Assembly (NCBI GenBank): GCA_052279835.1
Contig: CP181291.1
Span: 896,001-960,000 of the forward strand
From: Microcoleus sp.
GTDB lineage: Bacteria > Cyanobacteriota > Cyanobacteriia > Cyanobacteriales > Microcoleaceae
Reading direction: 5' to 3'
Length of the DNA stretch: 64,000 nucleotides
The notes beneath the pieces were generated by a model, which had not been told where the DNA came from, did not search any database, and was given only the letters and a program-made list of their open reading frames with translations. Position numbers and translations under genes: made by a program. Positions 30,898 to 39,612 of this stretch are shown here, in pieces (positions within the stretch are counted from its first letter, which is position 1; every line of letters starts with the position of its first letter).

Positions 30898-32949
30898 TTA
30901 TGCTGCGGGCAGTTTGGTTGAACACTGACTGCCTATGGGCTCAATTAAAATTTCTTCAATGCGGACGTTGCGCTTGATTTTGACGTTTTCTAGATACTCG
31001 ATCGGGTCGTCTAGATTAAAGACAGTACCATCAAATAGTTCAATGCTACGACGATCGCGACCCACATCTGGCAAACCTAATTCTCTGACTGCTTGACCAA
31101 ACACATCGGGCCGCAAAACTCGATCGACTACTTCCACCCAGTTTTTCGGGAATGGAATCATGCCCCACCTGGCCATTTGCGCTGTCACCCAGAGCATTTC
31201 TAGGCGATCGGGAAAATTGGTTTTGTCAACGTAGAACTGATTGAAGTTGTAAACCATTTCCGGTTTGGTCGTCGTACCGTTATTGTAAGGGTCGAGGAAG
31301 CCCGGACGCACATCTTTGGCGTCAGCACCGATATATTGTTCTTGGCAAATCAATTCTAAGATTTCTTGGCGGTTGCGGCGATCGTCACAGTAGTCGCAGG
31401 CTTCCAAAAGGGCTTTGACGAGGGCGACGTGAGTTTGGGGATATTTCTGAGCCCAATCTTCGCGAACACCGAGGACTTTTTCGATGTGTCCAGGCATAAT
31501 ATCCAAGGAACGGGCGATGACAAAACCTGTACCGTCGTTGACTGCACGGGAATTCCAGGGGTCTCCTGAACAATAACCGTCGATGTTGCCTGCTTTTAAA
31601 TTGGCTACCATCTGTGGGGGCGGAATCACGGTTAAGCCGACATCAAGGTCGGGGTCAATGCCCCCAGCGGCCAGCCAGTAACGGAACAGCAGGTTGTGCA
31701 TCGAGGCGGGGTGTACCATGCCCAAGGTGTGAGCTTTATCGGGGGTACTGTCGATCGCGGCTTTCAAATCTTCCAAGGTCCGAATGCCTTGATTGTAAAG
31801 GTGTTTGCCGAGGACGATGGCATTGCCGTTGCGGGACAAGGTTAAGGCGCTACAGACGGGGACTGGCATTTCGCCGTCTAAGCCTAGCAGCATGGCGATC
31901 GGCATTCCTGCGACCATTTGCGCCGCATCCAGCCGTCCTTGGGCTACTCCTTTAGCGATTTCTTTCCAGCTAGGTTCCCGGCTGAGGGTGACTTCTTCCA
32001 AACCGTGGGCTTTAAAGAATCCTTTTTCTTTGGCTACTACTAAGGGGGCGCAGTCGGTGAGGGGAATAAAGCCGATATCGAGGTTGACTTTTTCCAAGCC
32101 GTTGCGGGACACAACTACCGCTGGGGATTGTTGCTGTGCTGATTTTTGTTGGGCTGCGCGACGCTGTTTGACTCGTTTTTGTTGGTTGAGGAAGTAAACC
32201 ATTTCGTTACGCAGGGCGTAGTAACTGGGATGGTTGACTACTTCCATGCGCTTGCGGGGGCGGGGGATGTTGACTTCGAGGATTTGCCCGATTTGCGCTT
32301 CCGGGCCGTTGGTTAGCATCACGATGCGATCGCTCAGCAGCAAGGCCTCGTCAACGTCGTGCGTTACCATGACCCCAGTTACTTTGCTTTCTTCGCAAAT
32401 TTTCATCAACTGGTCTTGCAAACCGCCACGAGTTAAAGCATCCAATGCGCCGAAGGGTTCATCTAGCAACAGCAATTTGGGACGGATCGCCAGGGCGCGG
32501 CCGATCGCCACTCGTTGTTTCATCCCCCCAGAAATTTCACTTGGACGTTTGTGGGCGGCGTGTCGCAGTCCGACTAAGGCGATGTGGTGTTCGATAATCA
32601 AGTCGCGATCGGATGCAGAGATATCTCTGTAGATTTCATCCACCGCTAGAGCAATATTTTCGCGGACAGTCAGCCAAGGTAACAGGGAGTAGTTTTGAAA
32701 CACTACCATGCGATCGGGGCCAGGCTCGCGGACTTCGCGGCCTTCTAGAGTAATCCCCCCCTGACTTGCTTGATCGAGTCCAGCGATGATATTTAACAGT
32801 GTCGATTTACCACAACCGGAGTGTCCGATCAAGGAGATAAATTCTCCTTTTTTAATTTTGAGTTCAATGTTTTTGAGCGCAATATATTGCTCACCATTGG
32901 GTAAGTTAAATACGCGGTCTACGTGGTCTACTTCAACAAATACTGACAT
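30898..32949 (-). CDS. nrtC: Nitrate ABC transporter ATPase NrtC with NrtA-like regulatory C-domain
   Basis: ABC motifs plus LEKVNLDIGFIPLTDCAPLVVAKEKGFF C-domain. Confidence 0.95.
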   Translation of the reverse strand: MSVFVEVDHVDRVFNLPNGEQYIALKNIELKIKKGEFISLIGHSGCGKSTLLNIIAGLDQASQGGITLEGREVREPGPDRMVVFQNYSLLPWLTVRENIALAVDEIYRDISASDRDLIIEHHIALVGLRHAAHKRPSEISGGMKQRVAIGRALAIRPKLLLLDEPFGALDALTRGGLQDQLMKICEESKVTGVMVTHDVDEALLLSDRIVMLTNGPEAQIGQILEVNIPRPRKRMEVVNHPSYYALRNEMVYFLNQQKRVKQRRAAQQKSAQQQSPAVVVSRNGLEKVNLDIGFIPLTDCAPLVVAKEKGFFKAHGLEEVTLSREPSWKEIAKGVAQGRLDAAQMVAGMPIAMLLGLDGEMPVPVCSALTLSRNGNAIVLGKHLYNQGIRTLEDLKAAIDSTPDKAHTLGMVHPASMHNLLFRYWLAAGGIDPDLDVGLTVIPPPQMVANLKAGNIDGYCSGDPWNSRAVNDGTGFVIARSLDIMPGHIEKVLGVREDWAQKYPQTHVALVKALLEACDYCDDRRNRQEILELICQEQYIGADAKDVRPGFLDPYNNGTTTKPEMVYNFNQFYVDKTNFPDRLEMLWVTAQMARWGMIPFPKNWVEVVDRVLRPDVFGQAVRELGLPDVGRDRRSIELFDGTVFNLDDPIEYLENVKIKRNVRIEEILIEPIGSQCSTKLPAA

Positions 32950-33000
32950 GATTTTTTTAGGGTAATTTTTACAGAGCAGATGCTAATTATTAATTGTTAT

Positions 33001-33112
33001 TTGGGAATTGGTAATTGGGCATTGGGAATTAATTTACAACTAATTTTTGGCAGTTTTTAGTTGGCAACCATTCCCCATTCCCCATTCCCTATTCCCCATT
33101 CCCCATTCCCAA
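33001..33112. repeat. Inverted STRR tracts (GGGAATT/GGGCATT versus CCCCATT)
   Basis: G-rich heptamers at 33001-33030 face C-rich heptamers at 33068-33112. Confidence 0.75.
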
Positions 33113-33115
33113 ATT

Positions 33116-33985
33116 CTATTTCTGTTCTTCAGGAACCACTTTGGAGGCGATGAAACCGACAATTCTGTCGAGAATCAAACCGACAATTCCCACATAAAGC
33201 ACAGCCAGAATCACCGCACTGAGTCGAGAACTGTTGTAAGCATCCCAGATGAAGAAGCCGATGCCAACGCCGCCGACTAACATTTCCGCAGCTACAATCG
33301 CCAGCCAAGACAAACCAATACCGATTCTCAAGCCAGTGAAGATGTAAGGAACTGAAGAGGGGAGCAGGATTTTCCAGAAGTATTTTTTGTTAGGCAAGCG
33401 CAAGACGCGGGCGACGTTTCTGTAATCTTGGGGTATTTGTTGAACCCCTACGGTAGTGTTAATTAAAATCGGCCAAATTGCTGTAATTAAAATTACGAAC
33501 AGCGCTGAAACTTCGTTAGCTTTCAGCCCTAGCGCTTCAAAGGGATTGAACTGTTGAAATACTGCCAGGGCGATCGGCAACCAAGCCAGGGGCGGGATGG
33601 TTCTAAATACTTGAAACAGCGGGTCTAAGGCATCGAACATGAGGGAGTTTGTGCCGATGAGGATTCCTAAACCAATGCCAAGCACTGCTGCTAAAGTAAA
33701 GCCGATCGCCACCCGTTGCAAGCTGGCTGCAATTTGCCAAAATAAGCCTTTGTCTGTGCCACCGTTGTCGTAGAAAGGATTGATAATCAAATTCCAGCTT
33801 TCTTGGACTGCTTTGATCGGACCTGGTAATGACGATGAGGCATCGTGACAGAGAATTTGCCAAACTATGAGCAGAACTGCGATCGCCACTAGGGGACGAA
33901 TAATTTTTTTGCGATTTTTCTGAACTTGATTCAGAATGAAATCTACAGGATTTTTGCTCTTAGAAACAGAGATATTTGTTGCCAT
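33116..33985 (-). CDS. nrtB: Nitrate ABC transporter permease NrtB
   Basis: NPFYDNGGTDKGLFWQIAASLQRV, TIPPLAWLP, GLRIGIGLSWLAIVAAEM. Confidence 0.95.
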   Translation of the reverse strand: MATNISVSKSKNPVDFILNQVQKNRKKIIRPLVAIAVLLIVWQILCHDASSSLPGPIKAVQESWNLIINPFYDNGGTDKGLFWQIAASLQRVAIGFTLAAVLGIGLGILIGTNSLMFDALDPLFQVFRTIPPLAWLPIALAVFQQFNPFEALGLKANEVSALFVILITAIWPILINTTVGVQQIPQDYRNVARVLRLPNKKYFWKILLPSSVPYIFTGLRIGIGLSWLAIVAAEMLVGGVGIGFFIWDAYNSSRLSAVILAVLYVGIVGLILDRIVGFIASKVVPEEQK

Positions 33986-34060
33986 TTTTCTGTTTGGAGT
34001 ATAGTGAATAATCGATTATTTGTAGATGCTTTGAAATCTAAATCGTGGGAGCTGTTGTCG

Positions 34061-34085
34061 GTGGAGTTGGGAAACCCAACTCCAC
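34061..34085. other. Perfect intercistronic hairpin between nrtA and nrtB
   Basis: GTGGAGTTGGG-AAA-CCCAACTCCAC. Confidence 0.7.
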
Positions 34086-34144
34086 TCACTTCAAGAATTG
34101 GCTAACAATCTACAGTCAACTCAAACCTGTCAACTGTGCGCTAA

Positions 34145-35473
34145 TTATGCCTTCTTGATTGCCAGACTCTTCAAATATTCTTCGGGCTTATCTGGGTCAA
34201 ATTTCACGCCATCAAAGAAGGTTTCCACACCGCGAGAAGTGGTAGCCGGAATTTGAGCAGCGGGAACACCAATTGCTGTCGCCGCTGCTTTCCAAATATC
34301 CTCGCGGTTAACTTTATCAACCGTTGCTTTGATGTCGGTAGTTGCCGGCATATAACCCCAGCGAATATTTTCGCTAATGAACCAAGCATCGTGACTCTTG
34401 TAGGGATAGGAAGCATTGTCAGCCCAGAATTTCATCGCTACTGTGCTGGCTGGTTCAACTTTACCAGTACCGTAATCAATTTGACCTTTGGAGCGACCGA
34501 TAATGTCTGCAACTGGCACTTTCAACCACTTATCTTGGGAAATGATTTGACACATTTCATCTTTATTTTCCGGCTTGTCGCACCACTGTTGAGCTTCCAA
34601 AACAGCCATGGTAATTGCTTTAGCAGCTTTCGGATTTTTTGTCACCCAATCTGCTCTTAAAGCTAAAGCTTTTTCTGGGTGATCTTTCCAAAGTTCTCCG
34701 GTGACTAAGGCACTGTATCCGACCTTTTGAGCAACTAGCTGAGCATTCCAAGGTTCGCCTACACAAAAGGCTTCCATACTGCCGGATTTCATGTTAGCTA
34801 CCATTTGGGGTGGCGGAATAGGAATCACGGAAACCTCTGTATCTGGATTGATGCCGCCGGCTGCTAGCCAGTAGCGCAGCCACAAATCGTGAGTGCCACC
34901 GGGAAAGGTCATAGCAACTTTTTGATTAGCCAGAGCCGTTTTGAGGGCTTTGCTGTCAGTGCCTACTTTTAAATCAAGGAATTTTTTGCTGACGGAAATT
35001 CCTTGACCGTTGGTATTTAACCGCGCCAAAATGTTCATCGGCACTGGTTGATTACCTTTGGTAATAGTGCCCAAGGTCATCTGGTAAGGCATGGGGGATA
35101 AAATGTGGGCCCCGTCGATACCGCCTTTGTCAGAACCGAGTTCTAAGTTGTCGCGTGTAACTGGCCAAGATGCTTGTTTGGTAACTTGCACGTCTTTCAT
35201 GCCGTACTTGGCAAATAAGCCTTTTTCTTGGGCAATAATTAAGGGTGCTGAATCAGTTAGAGCAATGAATCCGAGTTTGGCTGCGGTAACTTCCGGGGCG
35301 TCGGCGGGGTTGATGCTGACTGCTGGGCTGGGAGTGCCAGAGGAAGCGCTGGGGGTGGGACTGCCAGTGCTATTGCTGGTGCTGGAACCGGAACTGCAAC
35401 CGTGGGCTAGGAGAGTGCCGGCTGCTGTTGCTCCGGCGGTGATGATGAATTTTCTTCTAGAAAGGTTGCTCAT
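34145..35473 (-). CDS. nrtA: Nitrate/nitrite-binding lipoprotein NrtA
   Basis: Tat-like SRRKFI plus lipobox LAHGC; LGFIALTDSAPLIIA, MTFPGGTHDLW, CVGEPWN, YPYKSHD. Confidence 0.95.
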   Translation of the reverse strand: MSNLSRRKFIITAGATAAGTLLAHGCSSGSSTSNSTGSPTPSASSGTPSPAVSINPADAPEVTAAKLGFIALTDSAPLIIAQEKGLFAKYGMKDVQVTKQASWPVTRDNLELGSDKGGIDGAHILSPMPYQMTLGTITKGNQPVPMNILARLNTNGQGISVSKKFLDLKVGTDSKALKTALANQKVAMTFPGGTHDLWLRYWLAAGGINPDTEVSVIPIPPPQMVANMKSGSMEAFCVGEPWNAQLVAQKVGYSALVTGELWKDHPEKALALRADWVTKNPKAAKAITMAVLEAQQWCDKPENKDEMCQIISQDKWLKVPVADIIGRSKGQIDYGTGKVEPASTVAMKFWADNASYPYKSHDAWFISENIRWGYMPATTDIKATVDKVNREDIWKAAATAIGVPAAQIPATTSRGVETFFDGVKFDPDKPEEYLKSLAIKKA

Positions 35474-35659
35474 GTGTCTTGAATTTTTGGTGTACTTTGA
35501 GATTATGTGAGATAAAGGTGTGAGATTTTGTGCGAACTTGGTGCGTGGGAAAGCAAAAATCTAGGTGTGAGATTGCTTGGCTTTGTTCGCACACAATCAA
35601 ATCATTTCCTTTGCAGTGACATCATACTATTTGGTAGTCTCGGATATCACATTGTGAGA

Positions 35660-37534
35660 TCAGGCGTCGATCGTCACTTTGCCGATCGCCCGCGCGCTAC
35701 AGGTTAAAATGAACCCTGGTTCTATGTTGCTGAGCGCGTCAAGTTCGCCATCGTAGGCGATATCGCCTTTTAGGAGTTTCTGCTTACAAGTGCCACAACT
35801 TCCTGAACGGCAACTGCTGTCGAGTTCGACTCCGGCACGTTCGGCAACATCGAGGATGAACTCGTCTTCGCTGCAAGCAACTTCTTTGCCCGATCGAGCG
35901 AAAATGACAGTAGATGTCTGAGGTTTCGCTTCGGGAACCGTTGTTTCCCCCTCGTCAACCGTCAATAGCAATTGTCGGTTTAGAGAAGCTACTTCCCCAG
36001 ATGCCTTGGGAACCGCCCCGAACTTATCGACTAAAATTTGCATCAGCACGGGTTTGAGGTCTTCGCAGGGAATACTTTTTTGGACACAGCTACCCAAATG
36101 AGCATCTTTACCCACAGTACCTCCCATATAAATGTCAACACCTTCGAGGGTTTTGCCATTCTTACGAACCTTTGTCCCCATGAGACCGATATCTGCTACT
36201 TGGGGTTGACCGCAGGAATTGGGACAACCAGTCCAGTGAATTCTCACTGGTTTGGGTACTGAGAGTTCGGCTTCGAGTTCCAGAATCATAGCCACGGCAC
36301 GGCTTTTGGTTTCGATGAGGGCGAAGTTACAAAACTTAGCGCCAGTGCAGGAAACCAAGGCTCGCGTTAGGGGTGCGGGGTCGATGGAAAAACGCTCTAG
36401 CAGGGGTTCTTTAACCAAGGATTCAATCCGTGATTCAGGAACGTTGGGAATAATCACGTTTTCTTCGACGGTGAGTCTGAGTTCCCCACTGCCGTAAACG
36501 TCGGCAATTCTCGCCAAGTCGAATAAATCCGCTGCTGCAAGTCGGCCGACGGGAACGTGCAAACCTACATACTTTAAACCTGATTGTTTTTGGTCGTAAA
36601 TGCCGATGTGATCGCGTTTGTCCCAGATGATTTCATCTTTGGGCGCAGCAGGAAGCAAGGTACGGCCTAATTCCTGTTCTACTTGGGCTCGGAATTGTTC
36701 GATGCCCAACTCGTCAATCAGCCACATGAGGCGGGACTTTTGGCGATTGGCTCTGGGCCCGCGATCGCGGTACACAGTTAATATAGCTTTGCACAAATCT
36801 ACAACGTCGCTAGGACTTGCCCAGGCGTTGAGGGGAATGGCTGCTTCGCAGCGTTTGGCGGAGAAGAAACCCCCGACTAAAACATTGAAACCGATGTTGC
36901 CGTCTTGATAAGCGGGGACAAAGGCGATGTCGTTAATTTCGGCATGGACTGAGTTGTCACGACAGCCTGCGATCGCAATATTAAATTTTCTCGGTAAATT
37001 GGAAAACTGGGGATTACCTTCGCCACAATTGGTAATCATGTCTTGAACTTGATAAGCCAGTTCCCGCGTGTCTATCAGTTCGTCTGCATCTAAGCCCGCT
37101 ACTGGCGAACCTGTAATATTTCGCACATTATCCATACCAGACTGGACGCTGGTCAGGCCAACTTCTTTCATGCGATGGAAGATATCTGGCAAGTCTTCGA
37201 TCACAATGCCACGTAGTTGCAAGTTTTGTCTGGTAGTAATGTCAGCGCTGCCGTCATCTCCGTAGCGTTGTACAATTTCTGCCATGGTTCTGGTTTGACT
37301 GCTGGTGATGATGCCATTGGGTAAGCGCAGTCGCATCATGAATTTTCCGGGCGTGACCGGCCGAAAGAAGATACCCAACCATTTCAGGCGGTGCTCGCGG
37401 TCTGTGGCATCCATTGCTTCCCAGCCGATTTTAGCGAAGTCTTCCAGTTCGGCTTTGAGTGCTAAGCCGTCTTTTTCCGCTTTGAGTTTTTCAAATTTGT
37501 TTAAGCTGGCTTGGGGTTCTACGGTTTGGGTCAT
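35660..37534 (-). CDS. nirA: Ferredoxin-nitrite reductase with fused C-terminal [2Fe-2S] ferredoxin
   Basis: DITTRQNLQ, SGMDNVRN, NLPRKFN, CTGAKFC...TGCPNSC; C-terminal CRSGSCGTC...LTC. Confidence 0.95.
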   Translation of the reverse strand: MTQTVEPQASLNKFEKLKAEKDGLALKAELEDFAKIGWEAMDATDREHRLKWLGIFFRPVTPGKFMMRLRLPNGIITSSQTRTMAEIVQRYGDDGSADITTRQNLQLRGIVIEDLPDIFHRMKEVGLTSVQSGMDNVRNITGSPVAGLDADELIDTRELAYQVQDMITNCGEGNPQFSNLPRKFNIAIAGCRDNSVHAEINDIAFVPAYQDGNIGFNVLVGGFFSAKRCEAAIPLNAWASPSDVVDLCKAILTVYRDRGPRANRQKSRLMWLIDELGIEQFRAQVEQELGRTLLPAAPKDEIIWDKRDHIGIYDQKQSGLKYVGLHVPVGRLAAADLFDLARIADVYGSGELRLTVEENVIIPNVPESRIESLVKEPLLERFSIDPAPLTRALVSCTGAKFCNFALIETKSRAVAMILELEAELSVPKPVRIHWTGCPNSCGQPQVADIGLMGTKVRKNGKTLEGVDIYMGGTVGKDAHLGSCVQKSIPCEDLKPVLMQILVDKFGAVPKASGEVASLNRQLLLTVDEGETTVPEAKPQTSTVIFARSGKEVACSEDEFILDVAERAGVELDSSCRSGSCGTCKQKLLKGDIAYDGELDALSNIEPGFILTCSARAIGKVTIDA

Positions 37535-37603
37535 GGGTTTACCCTCGCGGCTGCTTTGTTGGGGGAGCTATTGACTTGGGGCATAAAGTGTGATTTTTCG
37601 CTA

Positions 37604-37645
37604 ACCTTAGTGAGTTTACTGATTTAAAACTGTATATCTAGTTAC
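37604..37645 (-). promoter_or_regulatory. NtcA-activated promoter of the nirA operon (proximal)
   Basis: Minus strand GTAACTAGATATAC-N22-TAAGGT matches GTA-N8-TAC-N22-TAN3T exactly. Confidence 0.9.
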
Positions 37646-37653
37646 TCGATCGC

Positions 37654-37691
37654 ATTTCTTGTAAGCATCGCTGGCTATCTGTAAATTAGAT
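37654..37691. promoter_or_regulatory. Candidate NtcB (LysR-type) AT-N11-AT sites
   Basis: ATTTCTTGTAAGCAT (37654-37668) and dyad ATCTGTAAATTAGAT (37677-37691) upstream of the NtcA box. Confidence 0.5.
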
Positions 37692-37731
37692 TTTTACTTG
37701 GTGCTGCTGAGACAGCCAAGGAACTACTTTG

Positions 37732-37745
37732 GTAATAGTTGCTAC
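37732..37745. promoter_or_regulatory. Second NtcA box
   Basis: GTAATAGTTGCTAC (GTA-N8-TAC), exactly 100 bp from the proximal box; no -10 element at N22. Confidence 0.6.
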
Positions 37746-37793
37746 GGATGGTTCGGTCGATCGCCGCCCTTGTGTGCACCTTGGTTGTGAACT

Positions 37794-37835
37794 AATGTAA
37801 AGCCCTTAACTGTAAATATTCGTAGCTATTTTTAC
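37794..37835 (-). promoter_or_regulatory. Distal NtcA-type promoter facing nirA
   Basis: Minus strand GTAAAAATAGCTAC-N22-TACATT. Confidence 0.7.
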
Positions 37836-38121
37836 AAAATATAGAGTTTTATGAATTTTAAGGCGATTTGCAATGCGTTTTTTGCATGAGTGGGTAAAAA
37901 TGCCCACTGAGTTCAAAAAAAATTAATAAATCTTTAGATTGGCGTGCACAAAAATATTTTTGTGACATGGATCGTAGTCTCTGGGTTCTCACCATCACAC
38001 AATTAGAGTGCCTAATGTCACCTACTTTGTATCAAAATATCACCAGATATACGATGTCGGCATCACGAGGGATTTTGGGAGAACCAGAGATGATATATAT
38101 GTAGAGTTCAATCAACATCTC

Positions 38122-38337
38122 ATGTTTTTCATTCAACTGATTCCCGGCGCTATTTCAGAAATACTTGCTTCTGTCAGCGATACTGGCACTTTGACCATAG
38201 CCGATCGCTATGGCTTGATGGCCGCGGTTTTGGACGAATCTCTCGAAGACGAAGACAGAAACTCCCTGAACCGTTTGTTGCGTTCTGTGCTCAAGGGGCG
38301 AGTCAAGATCGTCAACGAACTGTCGGCGATTATTTAG
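38122..38337 (+). CDS. Small conserved cyanobacterial hypothetical protein (71 aa)
   Basis: G.LT.ADRYGLMAA.LDESL..E...S.NRLL.....GR pattern; ATG at 38122. Confidence 0.65.
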   Translation: MFFIQLIPGAISEILASVSDTGTLTIADRYGLMAAVLDESLEDEDRNSLNRLLRSVLKGRVKIVNELSAII

Positions 38338-38660
38338 AACAGTTGCTTATATCTTGTCGAGCCAATTACAAGATTACTGAAATATGTTTGTTAAATTTTA
38401 TACCTGACCCCTAGAAAATATACAAATAAATTCTGGTTTGAGCGCTGTCCTATCTTTACCAAAACTTTAAATAAAATGACGATAATCCATGATTTAATTT
38501 AAATAATTCGTAGCAGAGTTGACTTTCTAATTTTAAGATAAAATTTTAATATAATAATTTTATGAACAATACTAACTAATAGGTAATTGTCGGATTGGTA
38601 ATTTTATAGATAGTTAGCTACAGACTATTATCTTCCCACTCATTCCCCAGGAAACATTTA

Positions 38661-39548
38661 ATGAATACAAGTTCTAAAATTTTGAAGCGATGGGTTTACT
38701 CAGGCGCTATATCATTATGTGCAATGGTCGCCGCACCACAACCAAAAGCCGCCGCAGCCACCCTCTCTAATGGCTGGAATTATGCGATCGACTCCTTCAA
38801 TGATGGTGTGACCGGCCTTCAAATTGGTGGTGGCGAATTTGAATTTTATGGCATCGCCGTCAAAGAAACATCAGATACCGCATTCATTGCCATCAACTCC
38901 AATCTCAGCTTAGCAGGATATGCTAGCACCGGTGTCGAAAGAGGCAATGTCAATTACGGCGATTTATTTTTCAACTTCTCCGGTCAAGATTTTAACACAG
39001 CTAACGCAAAGGGCAACTTATTTGGTATCCGTTTTGCAGAAGGAAACGACTCCGGTGTAGCTACCACAGGAGTTTACAGCAAGGTTACTGCTAAAAGCGT
39101 TACTCAAACCAACTCTGGTTTTGCCAATTTAACCCTATTCAACGATCGCGTGAAGTCAGCAGGTGGAACACCATCAATGGGCGATTTAGCGGCCACAGAC
39201 CCCTATTTTGAGCAAACAGGTACCTGGACAGTTCTCAACTCAATTGCTACGGGTACAAAAGTTGGAGAAATAAATTTTCTCACCCCAGCAACTTTGAGTG
39301 CCCTGGGTTTGAATTTTGCTCAGTTTAATGCCCAAGGTTCTCAAACTATTGGATTTAGTTTTAATAAATCCTCCATGCCTTCTGGGAGTTATATTGCTAA
39401 TTTGTTTGCGGAATGTGCTAATGATGCGATCGCCATTAAAAGCTCTTTTGAAAAAAGCTCTGCTGAACCCGTACCAGAACCTTCTACCATATTTGGTACT
39501 GTAGCCGGACTTAGTATTTTAGCAGCAAAACGCAAATTGAAGCGCTAG
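38661..39548 (+). CDS. PEP-CTERM exosortase-dependent surface protein (XDD3-like)
   Basis: Signal peptide; GWNYAIDSFNDG...ECANDAI; C-terminal VPEPSTIFG, hydrophobic stretch, KRKLKR. Confidence 0.88.
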   Translation: MNTSSKILKRWVYSGAISLCAMVAAPQPKAAAATLSNGWNYAIDSFNDGVTGLQIGGGEFEFYGIAVKETSDTAFIAINSNLSLAGYASTGVERGNVNYGDLFFNFSGQDFNTANAKGNLFGIRFAEGNDSGVATTGVYSKVTAKSVTQTNSGFANLTLFNDRVKSAGGTPSMGDLAATDPYFEQTGTWTVLNSIATGTKVGEINFLTPATLSALGLNFAQFNAQGSQTIGFSFNKSSMPSGSYIANLFAECANDAIAIKSSFEKSSAEPVPEPSTIFGTVAGLSILAAKRKLKR

Positions 39549-39571
39549 ATTAGCTGTAATTAAAAGGTAGA

Positions 39572-39597
39572 ACCCCGACTGCTTCAAGCAGTTGGGG
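39572..39597. terminator. Hairpin between convergent genes
   Basis: CCCCGACTGCTT-C-AAGCAGTTGGGG. Confidence 0.6.
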
Positions 39598-39612
39598 CTC
39601 TAACATAATGCT

